Assembly (NCBI GenBank): GCA_000165345.1
Contig: CM000435.1
Location: 320,001 to 384,000 of the forward strand
Length of the DNA stretch: 64,000 nt
Direction: 5' to 3'
Shown here: positions 19,901-28,836 of the stretch, in pieces
Numbering within the stretch: the stretch's first letter is position 1
Layout: each line of letters starts with the position of its first letter
Position numbers and translations under genes: made by a program
The notes under the pieces: model-generated
The model's input: only the letters and a program-made list of their open reading frames with translations
Databases searched by the model: none
Told to the model about the DNA's origin: nothing

Positions 19901-21390
19901 AATCTTGCAGAAAATCCTTCAGCATCTGTTAAATATACCGGACATGGATGAGTTCCAACAAGTTTATCAATTGGAACAGGAAAATCTGATTCCTTAAGTT
20001 CAACAGCATCTTCCAAATCAATGATTTTAAGATCTTTGTAGAAATCTATATCAAGTATATCTTTATATGTGAGATTATAAACATTATTTTCAGTTTTGAA
20101 TTGTTTTGAAATATTTACCAAAATATTTCCTTGATGAAAATCACAATGAATTCTAAAAGATCTAAATCTTTTCCACTTTCCTCTTGAAAAATCTTCTAAT
20201 TCTTCTGGATAGAATGATGTTCCTCCTCTATGAAATAGATCCAAAAGATATAATAATCTTCTATAAAGATTTACTGAGAAAATTATTGTTTTATCAGTAT
20301 AATTATTAATCCAAATATTTATAGAATTCTCCAAAAGTCTTGCTTTAGATTCTACATTAATCTTCTCATCTGACCTTAATGAAGGGAACTTGGAGTCATA
20401 GATTCGAATACTTTCTTCTAAGATTGCATTTACTCTATTTTTTAAATAATTTAAGAGATTTGGATAATCAATAAGTTCTGAAATTATTGAAGAAATTGCA
20501 GGACCATCAATAAACTCCATTAATAGAACATTTCTTGAAATCATTTTTCGATTTGGTTGTAAGAATACGCTATATATGGATGGATGAAGCTTAGATTTAG
20601 AAGCACCATATGTACTTGAGGCCATTCTAGAGTAAATGATCAACTCATGATTAAAATGGTAAAGAAAGTCGTTGGTTCTTCCATCAACTTTTGCTACAAT
20701 TTTCAAAGGAAACTTCTTGGCTTTGTTTGAATGAAGGCATCTCACTCTTAGAGATGATTTCTTTCCGAGTTCATAGACACACCCAGTAAATAGTTCAAAT
20801 CTCTCTTTCTTTTCCTTTTCCTCCTTTTCCTTTCCCTCATCTTTTCCCTCTTCTTTTCCCTCCTTCCCTTCCTCTTCTTTACTTTTCTTCCCCTCATCAC
20901 TCTCCTTCCCCTCATCCCTCCCCTCCCCCTCCTCCTCATCCACCTCCTCCACAGGACTCTTTATCATTGCAAAAATTGTCGAAGCTTCCTTTCCTTGAGA
21001 AGATACCAAAAGCTCTCCAGTCGATGAAACTTTTGGACAATCAATTATGCCCGAAAATTCATTACAAAAATCTTTAAGTCTTAATATACTACATTTCTTA
21101 TAAACCTGACTCAAATGTTTATACCTCTTGTAAAAAACCATTGGAGCATACCAAGTATTTTCTTGTCCTTCTGGAATAAAACATAAATTAATTCGCCTCA
21201 ACTTATCCATTGTTACCACTAAACCATCATCTTGAAAACTATTATTCTTTTCCTCTAGTAATACCTCATTCTCGCTCCCATGAAGCCCAAATAACCTTAT
21301 ACTCCCCTCTGCATAAATAGATCTCGTGATCGGGCACAATACCAAGCAAAATGAGTACACCAAATGAAGTATTTTCTTTCTAATCCTCAT
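16939..21390 (-). CDS. Large (1483 aa) signal-peptide protein with a choline-kinase/aminoglycoside-phosphotransferase-like kinase fold and an acidic EGKE low-complexity insert
   Basis: ATG at 21390; the N-terminus MRIRKKILHLVYSFCLVLCPITRSIYAEG looks like a signal peptide. A kinase-like core is present: KIVAKVDGR (beta3 Lys), LLMEFIDGPAI (hinge), IHCDFHQGNILVN (Brenner HxDxxxxN catalytic loop) and KIIDLEDA (ChoK/APH-type 'IDxE' metal-binding motif in place of DFG). The low-complexity segment is EEGKEGKEEGKDEGKEKEEKEKKE. Confidence 0.55.
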   Translation of the reverse strand: MRIRKKILHLVYSFCLVLCPITRSIYAEGSIRLFGLHGSENEVLLEEKNNSFQDDGLVVTMDKLRRINLCFIPEGQENTWYAPMVFYKRYKHLSQVYKKCSILRLKDFCNEFSGIIDCPKVSSTGELLVSSQGKEASTIFAMIKSPVEEVDEEEGEGRDEGKESDEGKKSKEEEGKEGKEEGKDEGKEKEEKEKKERFELFTGCVYELGKKSSLRVRCLHSNKAKKFPLKIVAKVDGRTNDFLYHFNHELIIYSRMASSTYGASKSKLHPSIYSVFLQPNRKMISRNVLLMEFIDGPAISSIISELIDYPNLLNYLKNRVNAILEESIRIYDSKFPSLRSDEKINVESKARLLENSINIWINNYTDKTIIFSVNLYRRLLYLLDLFHRGGTSFYPEELEDFSRGKWKRFRSFRIHCDFHQGNILVNISKQFKTENNVYNLTYKDILDIDFYKDLKIIDLEDAVELKESDFPVPIDKLVGTHPCPVYLTDAEGFSARLLSNIILISNTLSQTLNTLQDFFLKETKNLIFGNNIVSDWITSSNPDRISEFSDYSFKLKDSILKKLKIHSDNWDRYVDLITNDEVLKPCTSYYHLKYGRKLPPKSQLPCSWLSNILFSKKVCHYLHLSHADSDPSLLKSEDSVIEAELRELFRVSNLTKCHIEENEALNISINNVSSTIQEFLPVVTKINETYWGEWSALFNNQTFDRKFTNINKNFDNTNNEIGITVNSNSKKISDHNSLPCSNHLSVINSKSNMSRNGNKDKILKYDKNKLIFGSIDVPKEKNPSNVLDWVEVNQLVVTENEENNKNLIGKNHSKSEMILQNDTFSKEFDKILIDLMGLAALQRIISFCLKFSSEIDCDNVSSSKIIRDGPISSYIVRTIQNNNSTQLKNSSSDFIQFLDPCVLYSNETNLSNLETQNSMGWLCSKQTQDESLTNETVFKIIVDGRLFLNMNMTFVNQSNNTFAFNDVLWYFGINDTSKYTYKFNNEAVSMIEKHKKDALEFWKLESKIRNMDNIILNPEIDLKDDISLKTVPVLPKMFIFHSKLNTRKVHARVISTLEKEELFVTDKNLYFLPLSEKRSDLSKQISSIVQTGLLSENVFFMINPSNHRVSNLVSKVTNFQNEVFSMVWISYPTLVLSIIESILRSHSYQILISYRALEFLQRFRFKRDYDISIIRTPKNTYSANIQMKNDSKPVICNFSLEKIIIQPYGNNEILKILGELNKFTLYNTSGAKFMKISQVLSDFCSSEKLKNKSDIQSLIKDLVIPSLDPLFTLNNAVDTLSKIKYNSSIEVRRSNWFVKHVCSFISQKLNEINKSNISNEALPTLIQSLNFIIQLKNKIFLNSEFSKCINIDSNNNSNIEFNNNCTVGEYISISEMISSELLDLFIKERNIFKNLTSVNLAQELISYTNDHLQIPPPSQDPPFGGLGHLYKKDYNESYTGSENPNTNSTILYNRNKTIAFDVKWPIIANISDLISSEKNLTKF

Positions 21391-21480
21391 TTTTGCTTAT
21401 TTTGCCCTCTTTTACTCACTTTATCATTTCAAAAATATTTACTCCTTTTCTTTCTTTTCCTAATTTTTATGATCCATGCT

Positions 21481-21513
21481 TTTCCCGCGCATCCTTGTTC
21501 AATTTTCCCGCCC
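21481..21513. promoter_or_regulatory. Two tandem E2F-type sites (TTTCCCGCGC ... TTTTCCCGCCC) ~90-125 bp upstream of the 21390 start
   Basis: Direct reading gives 'tttcccgcgcatccttgttcaattttcccgcccg'. This matches the E2F/DP consensus TTTSSCGC known as an over-represented Cryptosporidium upstream motif. Confidence 0.5.
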
Positions 21514-22217
21514 GTTATTAAATACCTTGGATCTTCATGTTAAAAAATTAGTAAAAGAAATATAATATAAACAAGTTCATTATTTTTGTGTTTAATTTAT
21601 TGATATCATAGATTGAAATGTTTTTTCTTTTTTTTAATTTTTCTTTCTTTTCCTTTTTCTTATTCTGATAAGGATTTGTTTATAATGTTTCGAGATCAAA
21701 AGTTCTAATTACTATTAAGATAAAAATGAAAGAATTAGGGAGAAAAAAGAGTATATAGAAACAGGAAGAGGATATTTTAATATTTTCATTGGAGTTTTGA
21801 TTAATGTGTTTTTTTTCTTTGTTTTTCCCTTTATATAGATATTAATTTGTTGTTATATAAATAGTTGGAAGAAGCGAAAAAAAAAAAAGAACAAGAAAAA
21901 AGAAAACAAGAAAATAATGATAATTAGATGTATGAAATTACCTTTACTTTAGAAATTTTGGTTTTCATTTTTTTATTTATTTTTTATTTATTTTTTTGAC
22001 TTCACACGTATTAATATAATAAGTACCGCAATTGTGTGGTAGTTAAATTGTAATCCTCTCAGCGCTGGACTTTGTGTAAATTAAAGTGAGTTTTGCACTT
22101 TTAAAAGAAAAGAAAATTCACAATTATAAAGAATTGTATTAAAAGTGAATAAGTACAGTGATAATATATAAAGAGTGTGAAAGAAATTTGTATATATTTT
22201 TGTATATAATAGAAAGA

Positions 22218-24232
22218 ATGATTGGGTCAAGAAAATCTAAGGAAGAGTTATACTATAAGATTTCTTTAGTAACAACAATACTTATATTCTGGATTTGTTC
22301 AAGATCTGTAGGTAAGTTGAAATAAAAATAGAAATAAAATAAAACAAAACAAAACAATTCAAATCCCAAATCAACTCTTTAATTTATATATTTGTAGTTT
22401 TATCTATATCTCTCACAACAATATTCTTAGTTTTGTCTTATATTGGAAATAAGTTTGTTTTTGGAACAAAATCTAAATATGAAGAAGATTTACCAAGATT
22501 GATTTCAGATAATGTAATTTTGAAAAAAATCTATGAATTTATTACAAATGGAATTCTTGTTAATTTTGTTTTATCTATTATATATATTACATTATATTTC
22601 ACATTAAGATCAGAAATTAAAGGAATAGAAGTTATTCACAGAGGCATTTTTGATCATTTAGCTCCAAAACTTGCAGAACATTCAAGAAATCTAATAGAAT
22701 CTGGTGAAGGAAAATTTGAAGTTATCTCAAGTAATAGAAATTTTGATGGTATTAGTTTAATTATACCAATTAGAGATGAAGATGAATTTATTAGTAAAAC
22801 AATTTCTTTTACTCTTGGTTTAAATAATAAGAACTTACTTAAAGAAATCATTGTTGTTGATGATTGCTCTAAGAGAGAAGTTTCTGATTTACTTAATAAA
22901 GAACTTCCAAGTTCTTATTTAAAATATATTAAAGTTATTAGATTAGACAAATGTGAAGGTTTAATTAGAAGTCGAATTCTTGGTGCTGATGCTTCTAAAT
23001 CTAGTGTAATAGTATTTATGGATGGTCATTGTAGGCCTAAAGAAAATTGGATTGAACCTTTAATTAATAGACTTAAAGAAAAACCAAAAGCTATAGTTTG
23101 TCCAATGATTGAAGATATAGATAGATATACTTGGAAAGATTTAGGTACTTTTGGATTAAAAATGATGTTTGATTGGAATTTTGAATTTAATTGGTATGAA
23201 GATTTTACTGATGTAATTCCAATAGCATCAGGAGGATTATATGCAATAACAAGAGAATGGTGGGAAGAATCTGGTAAATATGATCCAGGAATGTTAGAAT
23301 GGGGAGGAGAGAATATTGAACAATCAATAAGAATTTGGAGATGTGGAGGAGAAATAGTAGCAGAAAAGAAGAGTAGAGTAGGACATATATTTAAAAGAGA
23401 TCCAAAACCTAATCCAGAGAATAAATTAGTTTTACAAGTACAAAGAAATCAGAAAAGAGCTGCAATGGTTTGGTTAGATAAGAAAAGATATAAATACTTT
23501 GAGACAATTCATGATGTTGTGAAAAGTTTGAATGAAACTCAGAGTGGTGTAGATTTGGAACAAAGACATAGCATTAAAGAAAGATTAAAATGTAAACCAT
23601 TTTCTTGGTATGTTGATAAATTTAGAGCTTCATTTGATAGAGGTGGTTTGCTATTGGATAACTTTAGACATTTTAAACATAGAAAGAGTGGACTTTGTTT
23701 AACAGCTTCTTTAAATGAAGTAGTTACTGGAACAGAAGATAAAGCAGTAGTATTTAAAGAATGTAATGAAAGAGATGATACTCAGAAGTGGAATGTAATA
23801 TTAGGAAGGAGATTAATATTAAATAGAAGAGTAGGATTAGGATGTCTCACAAGGGGACCAAGTAATGTAGTAGAGAATTCAATTTTAAGAGTAGTTCCTT
23901 GTGAATTTAAGAAAGCTTTAGAAGGTTATAATGACTCACAATATTGGAACATAGATGCTAATGATGATTTATTATTTGATCATGGTTATGAAGATTTATC
24001 TCCAATGGAATCTTCAAAGCTTAGAAACTCACTAAGATTGTTTAACAGAATTAATAGTATTCCATTTAGTAATGATGGGAATGATAGAATTTCTGTGAAT
24101 GGAGAATATGCTTTTAATCCATCAAATAGATGTGTCACAAATTTGAATGATAAAGCTGTAATGAAGAGTTGTCCACATGAAGAAAATGAGGACTATATAT
24201 TTGACCCAATAAAGATGGGGAAGTTTATGTAG
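22218..24232 (+). CDS. UDP-GalNAc:polypeptide N-acetylgalactosaminyltransferase (GT27 catalytic domain + C-terminal ricin-B lectin), two-exon model: exon 1 22218..22311, intron 22312..22397, exon 2 22398..24232
   Basis: The catalytic domain has the GT-A DxH-type region (VVDDCS...FMDGHC) and the pp-GalNAc-T Gal/GalNAc-T motif WGGENIEQSIRIWRCGG. A C-terminal beta-trefoil lectin region has Cys pairs and QxW-like repeats (QKWNV, QYWNI). The long ORF has no in-frame ATG before the catalytic domain (the track start 22433 is TTG). An upstream ATG at 22218 encodes MIGSRKSKEELYYKISLVTTILIFWICSRSV, a short tail plus hydrophobic anchor expected for a type II Golgi transferase. It ends at a consensus donor AG|GTAAGT (22312). 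An AT-rich 86-nt intron ends TTTGTAG| at 22397 and restores the downstream frame exactly (phase 1). Confidence 0.75.
22312..22397 (+). other. Predicted 86-nt spliceosomal intron (GTAAGT...TTTGTAG) near the 5' end of the ppGalNAc-T gene
   Basis: The donor gtaagt and the acceptor after a T-rich tract preserve phase between the exon-1 ATG ORF and the catalytic-domain ORF. Confidence 0.6.
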
Positions 24233-24540
24233 AGGAGGTGGGAGGAGTGGATTGGCAGGACTGGGAGAAGAGGATGAGAGAACGAGAGGAAGAGAGGAGA
24301 GGACTGGGAGAAGAGGAGTGGGAAAATAGAGGACGAAAGAAAAGGACGAGAGAATGAGAGGAGAGGACTGAGAGAAGAGGAGTGGGAAAATAGAGGACGA
24401 AAGAAGAGGACGAGAGAATGAGAGGAGAGGACTGGGAGAAGAGGACGAGAGAACGAGAGGAAGAGAGGAGAGGACGAGAGAATGAGAGGAGTACAAAAAC
24501 AGGAAACGAAAAGGAAAGGAAATGAATAGAGGAGTGATAA
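24233..24540. repeat. GA-rich (polypurine on + strand) tandem minisatellite, ~4-5 copies of a ~60-65 bp unit
   Basis: Reiterated 'gagaggagaggactgggagaagaggagtgggaaaatagaggacgaaagaa(g/a)aggacgagagaatgagag' units lie immediately 3' of the ppGalNAc-T stop. The minus-strand ORFs 24122..24496 and 24225..24554 (SSLPLVLSSS..., low complexity) are artefacts of this repeat. Confidence 0.85.
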
Positions 24541-24621
24541 AAGCCGTGAGACAATAGAATTTTAGATATTAAATTAAGATGAGCTAAAATTACTCTTTAT
24601 TAGACAATTCTCTTTGTTTGT

Positions 24622-26184
24622 TTAATTTGCATAAGTTATTGGAAAAAATGACATAAAAGGACAAAAGTCTTTATTTCCACAATTATTTTTAGTTTTAGGT
24701 GAAATCATGGGAGATGAATTTGAATAATAACTTGAAGATTTTGAAACAACCCATGAATGTTTACTTGGATGAATAGTAAAGAAAGGATGTTTTAAAGCAT
24801 CTTTTGGATGTATTCTAAATTTGTAATCCAAAGTAAGAAGTTTTGAAAGTAAATCAAGAGCTTGAACAGTAACTAAATCTTGATTTTCTTGAGTAATTAA
24901 GAAATCAAAAGTTCTTGGATCAGTAAAAATTGGACTTGTTGAATTAAAGATTTTTTTGGTTCTTTTAAGATAAGAAAAAGTAATATCATCAGAAATTGTT
25001 CCATTATATTTATTAGATATAGAAATAATATTATCTCCTCCAAGTAATGAAGCAATTTTAACAATTTGGTCATTATTGTCCCAACCTGGAAAAAGTACAT
25101 CAGGACTTAATGAATTCTTAAGAAAAATACCAACAAATGTTTTTGGATATTTTGTAAATACTCTAGTAAAATAATTGGTCTTTAAAGTACCTAATCTGAA
25201 AAGCATTTGTGAGAATAAACAACCTACTGACCAAGAATCCACAGAATAATCATAATTTCTGATTCCTAAAAGAAGTTCTGGTGCTTTATAATATTTGGAA
25301 GCAACTCTTGGACTAAAATCAGGATCATCTTTTGAATAATATTCTGCTAATCCCCAATCAATAATTTTTAAAGATTCTTTATTTATATCAATTACAATAT
25401 TTTGTGGTTTAATATCTCTATGAAATACTCCTAAAGAATTTGCATAAGAAAGTCCTTGTAATAATTGTCTCATGTAATTTTGAAGATCTATATATGTAAG
25501 TTTTGGAAGAAGTGAATAAAATTGTTCATTATTAATATATTCCATAACAAGTCCAATATGTTTTTTAACACTAATAGATTTTTGATTCAAATTTTTTATT
25601 GGATTATGATATTTAACAATATCTAAAAGTTTTATAATCGAATTTTTCCCTTGTATTTGATCATATAATTGTGAATTTTCTAATAATAATGTTTGATTAA
25701 CATGATTATCAGAATAACCATTAAGTAATTTAAGTATAGAAACTTCTCGAATAATTTTCCATTCTTGTACATTCTTTAATTCTTTTAAAGCAACAGGAAA
25801 ACCTCTAAGAGAACTAATTTGATGATCTGTTAAATTAAGAAAATAAGGATCAATAACAAGTGTTTCTTCTCCAATCTTATTTTTTGTTTCTGGACTTAAA
25901 TCAATTTTCCATGCAAAAAATACATTTGAATATCTTCCTGTTCCTATAGTATTTCCTTTAATATAAAAATTTTTTCTTGAAAGTCGACTCATTTCTAAAA
26001 TATTTTCCAAAGAAGAAAAATCTTCATGACTTTCTACAATATTTCGAGGATGATTTGATTTAGGTATTTTATTATCTTTTTCTTTATTAGTATAATTTTC
26101 ATTATAAGAATGAGAAAGAATAGAAAAAGAAAGTTTTTGAAGAATAACTAACAAAATGTATAATATTAGTAAAATCCTAAACAT
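24622..26184 (-). CDS. Casein kinase 2 alpha-like Ser/Thr protein kinase carrying an N-terminal signal peptide/anchor and ~100-aa N-terminal extension
   Basis: ATG at 26184. The N-terminus MFRILLILYILLVILQKLSFSILSHS is hydrophobic. Kinase motifs match CK2alpha: GTGRYSNVF (Gly loop), VALKELK, HRDIKPQNIVID (CK2: HRDVKPHNVMID), DWGLAEYY (CK2: DWGLAEFY), RVASKYYKAPELLL (CK2: RVASRYFKGPELLV), GWDNNDQIVKIASLLG (CK2: GHDNYDQLVRIAKVLG) and ENQDLVTVQALDLLSKLLTLDYKFRIHPKDALKHPFF (CK2: [37 protein letters not shown]). Confidence 0.75.
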   Translation of the reverse strand: MFRILLILYILLVILQKLSFSILSHSYNENYTNKEKDNKIPKSNHPRNIVESHEDFSSLENILEMSRLSRKNFYIKGNTIGTGRYSNVFFAWKIDLSPETKNKIGEETLVIDPYFLNLTDHQISSLRGFPVALKELKNVQEWKIIREVSILKLLNGYSDNHVNQTLLLENSQLYDQIQGKNSIIKLLDIVKYHNPIKNLNQKSISVKKHIGLVMEYINNEQFYSLLPKLTYIDLQNYMRQLLQGLSYANSLGVFHRDIKPQNIVIDINKESLKIIDWGLAEYYSKDDPDFSPRVASKYYKAPELLLGIRNYDYSVDSWSVGCLFSQMLFRLGTLKTNYFTRVFTKYPKTFVGIFLKNSLSPDVLFPGWDNNDQIVKIASLLGGDNIISISNKYNGTISDDITFSYLKRTKKIFNSTSPIFTDPRTFDFLITQENQDLVTVQALDLLSKLLTLDYKFRIHPKDALKHPFFTIHPSKHSWVVSKSSSYYSNSSPMISPKTKNNCGNKDFCPFMSFFPITYAN

Positions 26185-26326
26185 AATGACTATGGGATCT
26201 CCTTTACATCATTGATTTCTTTCTCCTCTTTAAAAAAAAAGATTCCTATTTTCTCAGTTATATTATTATTATTATTATTATTTTTCATTACTTATAATTT
26301 GAATTGTATGAATATAAAAATGAGGA

Positions 26327-26338
26327 CTTTTGGCGCCT
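26327..26338. promoter_or_regulatory. E2F-like TTTTGGCGCC motif in the 190-bp spacer upstream of the CK2-like kinase start
   Basis: 'gaggacttttggcgcctacatt' lies between 26184 (the start of the minus-strand gene) and 26374. Confidence 0.4.
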
Positions 26339-26373
26339 ACATTTGTATAAAGGTTTTTTACAAGTCAAAAGCA

Positions 26374-28836
26374 TTAAATTGCATTTTTGCTACAACAAGA
26401 AGAAAAAAAGAATTTTTGAGTTTTTAATTTGGTTTTCTCCTTTCTATTTGAAGATAAAAGAGCAGTTTCTGTGTGATTACTTATGGTATTTTGAGAATTT
26501 TTCTTTTGATAAGTTTTTTTACAGTTTATTTGAACTTTTTCTTTTACAAGTTTATTTTTTTTACCTTTATTTTTAGACCAACTGATAATTTTTTCTCTAG
26601 AATGTTTTTTGGCGCCAAAAAATTTGGTATTAGATTTTCTGGAATCTTGTTTTTCTGAGTTAGACAACTTATATTTAGAATTTAAGACTAGTTCATTAGA
26701 GGAAGGGAGGGAGTTTGAAGAAAAATGAGAAGAAGAGTCTTTGAGATCAAGTTGATTGAATTCAATTAATGAGTACTCTAAGCATTTGTGCATTTTTCCC
26801 ACAGAAACCTTTTTATTCATGAGGGAAGACTCATCATTGCAATATTTTTGTTCTTGTTCTTGTTCTTGTTCTGATTTATAAAATGTAGATGAGAAGAGAG
26901 AATTGGAAGATTTGGAGTTTTGTGATTGATTATAATGGTTATTAATGGTTTTTTGGTTATTTTCCGAGTCTTTAAGATATGTCTTGGAGGACTTATTGGA
27001 AGAAATTGGAATATTTTGAATAGTAATAGTACTTCTTTTTCTACTAAAATATCTACTAATGGAAACACTAGTGCTGATTTTCTTGATTAGATTTTGATTT
27101 GACAAAGATTGAAACTTAGTAGGAACTTTAGCTTTATTTTCATGACTGAAAAAATGATTAACATAATTAAATATACTTTGTATATAATATTTAGAATTGT
27201 TATAGTTTTGTTGAACACCAGAGATCATTTGTATAAATATTCCTAAAGAATTAGGTCTCTTAGCTTTAAGTAAAATAAAGGGATGTTTTAAAAGAAAATT
27301 AGCATTTTTTCTTTGATTTGGATCTTTTGTCAAACAAGAGTCAATAAAATCCCAGAATTCTGGTGAAAACAAACCTTTAATTTCTTCTCTCACAGTCTTT
27401 TGAGGAGGAGGAGATCTTAAAATATATTCCAATAATTCTTCTAAAGAATCAAAATTTGGCCAAGGGATCCTCCCAAAAGCTAGTTCTAATACAGTTATTC
27501 CAAGAGACCAAATATCAGAAGCTCCTGGTTCTCCAGTTCCAATTCCAATTCCAGCCCCAGTTTTAGTTTGAATTCTAGTTCCAGACCCCAAAATAATCTC
27601 AGGAGCCATCCAAAAAGGACTTCCTAGTATTTCTTGGTCATTAGAAAAAGGATACATAATATCGTTAACTTTAGTGATTGATTCAGAATCTTCCTGACGA
27701 TTACTTTTTATTTCAGACTTAATTTTCCTAGAAACTCCAAAGTCTGCCAATTTTGCTACACAATTTTCAGTTAGTAAGATATTAGCACTCTTTATATCAT
27801 TATGAAGAATATAGTTTTGAGAATTGGAATGATTTCCATCTTTTCGTCCATGAATTCTTATTAATGCCTTTAATACGTCCTGAGTAACTGAAGCAAGCAA
27901 CTCTTCTGGAAAACTCCCATATTTACTATATAAACCATAAAGTGATCCCCCTTCTGCATATTCCATTAATATGTATAAAAAAGAATCTGAGGAAAAAGTC
28001 ACATAATATTTCAGAATTTGTTCGCAATCTTGTAATTCTGACATTATACTTGTTTCCTTTCTAGCTGTAGCTAGTGGGTCCTCCAATTCTGCTGTGTCAT
28101 TTGCTTCTAAATCCACAATCTTTATAGCTAACTTCTTTCCAACTCCTCCTCCTCCTCCTCCTTTCCTAGCCCATCCTGTTCCTTTTGTTCTTGTTTTAGC
28201 TAAAGATATAGATGCTCTTGGCTCCAGTTTTTCCAGTATCTCCTTTATATCTGAGTCAGTTATCTCAACTGTGATGGAATTTCTACTTTTCTTTTTTCTT
28301 GGACTACATATATCTGCTAATACCACAATCCCATAAGCTCCCATTCCAAGTATATTTGAGATTGAAAAAACTACCAATCTCTGTTCATTACTGCTAATAC
28401 TATTACTATTGCAAATACCTTTATTCCCCTCTTCCTCCTGATTATAGACCACTTCAATCAAATTCCCCACTTTAAATAGTTCTCTCATTCTTCCTCTCTT
28501 TTCTTCTTGGCTCTTTTCTTTTTTTCTTTCGGGAACTACAAATTCAAAAGATTCCAAAGAAGATTTGCCATTTTCTATATAACTTTTTTCTTGTGCTTTC
28601 ACGGATTTTTCTATAGTTTTCCTCTCTCCTTCTACAATCTTCCCGTTTTCTTCTAAAACCTTCCTGTTTTCTTCTAAAGTTTTTTCCTCTTCTTCTAGAA
28701 CTTGCCCCACTCCTTTCTCCTCTTCTTCTAAAGTATTCTCAGCTTTCTCTACTCCTTTTCCATCTTCTCCTATTGTTTCATAGTCATCTTTCTTACTTTC
28801 AACCCCCAAATCTTTATTCTCTCTTGTCAAAGACAT
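26374..28836 (-). CDS. STE20/PAK-family-like Ser/Thr protein kinase (820 aa) with acidic repeat N-terminus and Ser/Asn-rich C-terminal tail
   Basis: ATG at 28836. It has the motifs GMGAYGIVVLA, LAIKIV, HNDIKSANILLTENCVAKLADFGVS and GSPFWMAPEIILG (the STE20 signature GTPxWMAPE). An EEEEK(T/G)LEEN-type repeat lies near the N-terminus. Confidence 0.7.
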   Translation of the reverse strand: MSLTRENKDLGVESKKDDYETIGEDGKGVEKAENTLEEEEKGVGQVLEEEEKTLEENRKVLEENGKIVEGERKTIEKSVKAQEKSYIENGKSSLESFEFVVPERKKEKSQEEKRGRMRELFKVGNLIEVVYNQEEEGNKGICNSNSISSNEQRLVVFSISNILGMGAYGIVVLADICSPRKKKSRNSITVEITDSDIKEILEKLEPRASISLAKTRTKGTGWARKGGGGGGVGKKLAIKIVDLEANDTAELEDPLATARKETSIMSELQDCEQILKYYVTFSSDSFLYILMEYAEGGSLYGLYSKYGSFPEELLASVTQDVLKALIRIHGRKDGNHSNSQNYILHNDIKSANILLTENCVAKLADFGVSRKIKSEIKSNRQEDSESITKVNDIMYPFSNDQEILGSPFWMAPEIILGSGTRIQTKTGAGIGIGTGEPGASDIWSLGITVLELAFGRIPWPNFDSLEELLEYILRSPPPQKTVREEIKGLFSPEFWDFIDSCLTKDPNQRKNANFLLKHPFILLKAKRPNSLGIFIQMISGVQQNYNNSKYYIQSIFNYVNHFFSHENKAKVPTKFQSLSNQNLIKKISTSVSISRYFSRKRSTITIQNIPISSNKSSKTYLKDSENNQKTINNHYNQSQNSKSSNSLFSSTFYKSEQEQEQEQKYCNDESSLMNKKVSVGKMHKCLEYSLIEFNQLDLKDSSSHFSSNSLPSSNELVLNSKYKLSNSEKQDSRKSNTKFFGAKKHSREKIISWSKNKGKKNKLVKEKVQINCKKTYQKKNSQNTISNHTETALLSSNRKEKTKLKTQKFFFSSCCSKNAI
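26605..26622. promoter_or_regulatory. Perfect palindromic E2F-type site TTTTTTGGCGCCAAAAAA embedded in the 3' coding region of the STE20-like kinase gene
   Basis: It is seen directly and encodes FFGAKK on the minus strand. It lies ~420 bp upstream of the start of the next gene. Confidence 0.3.

Noticed and set aside
22433-22435. TTG as the ppGalNAc-T start codon (as implied by the ORF track 'M')
   Set aside because: The track translates alternative start codons (TTG/GTG) as M. That was seen also at 13320, 14694, 36985, 42434, 48795, 51320, 51372 and 60444. Non-ATG initiation is not expected, so an upstream ATG exon plus intron is the better model.
24122-24554. Two overlapping minus-strand ORFs (124 and 109 aa) rich in S/L/P
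   Set aside because: Both are translations of the GA-rich minisatellite (CT-rich on the minus strand). They are periodic low complexity, not genes.
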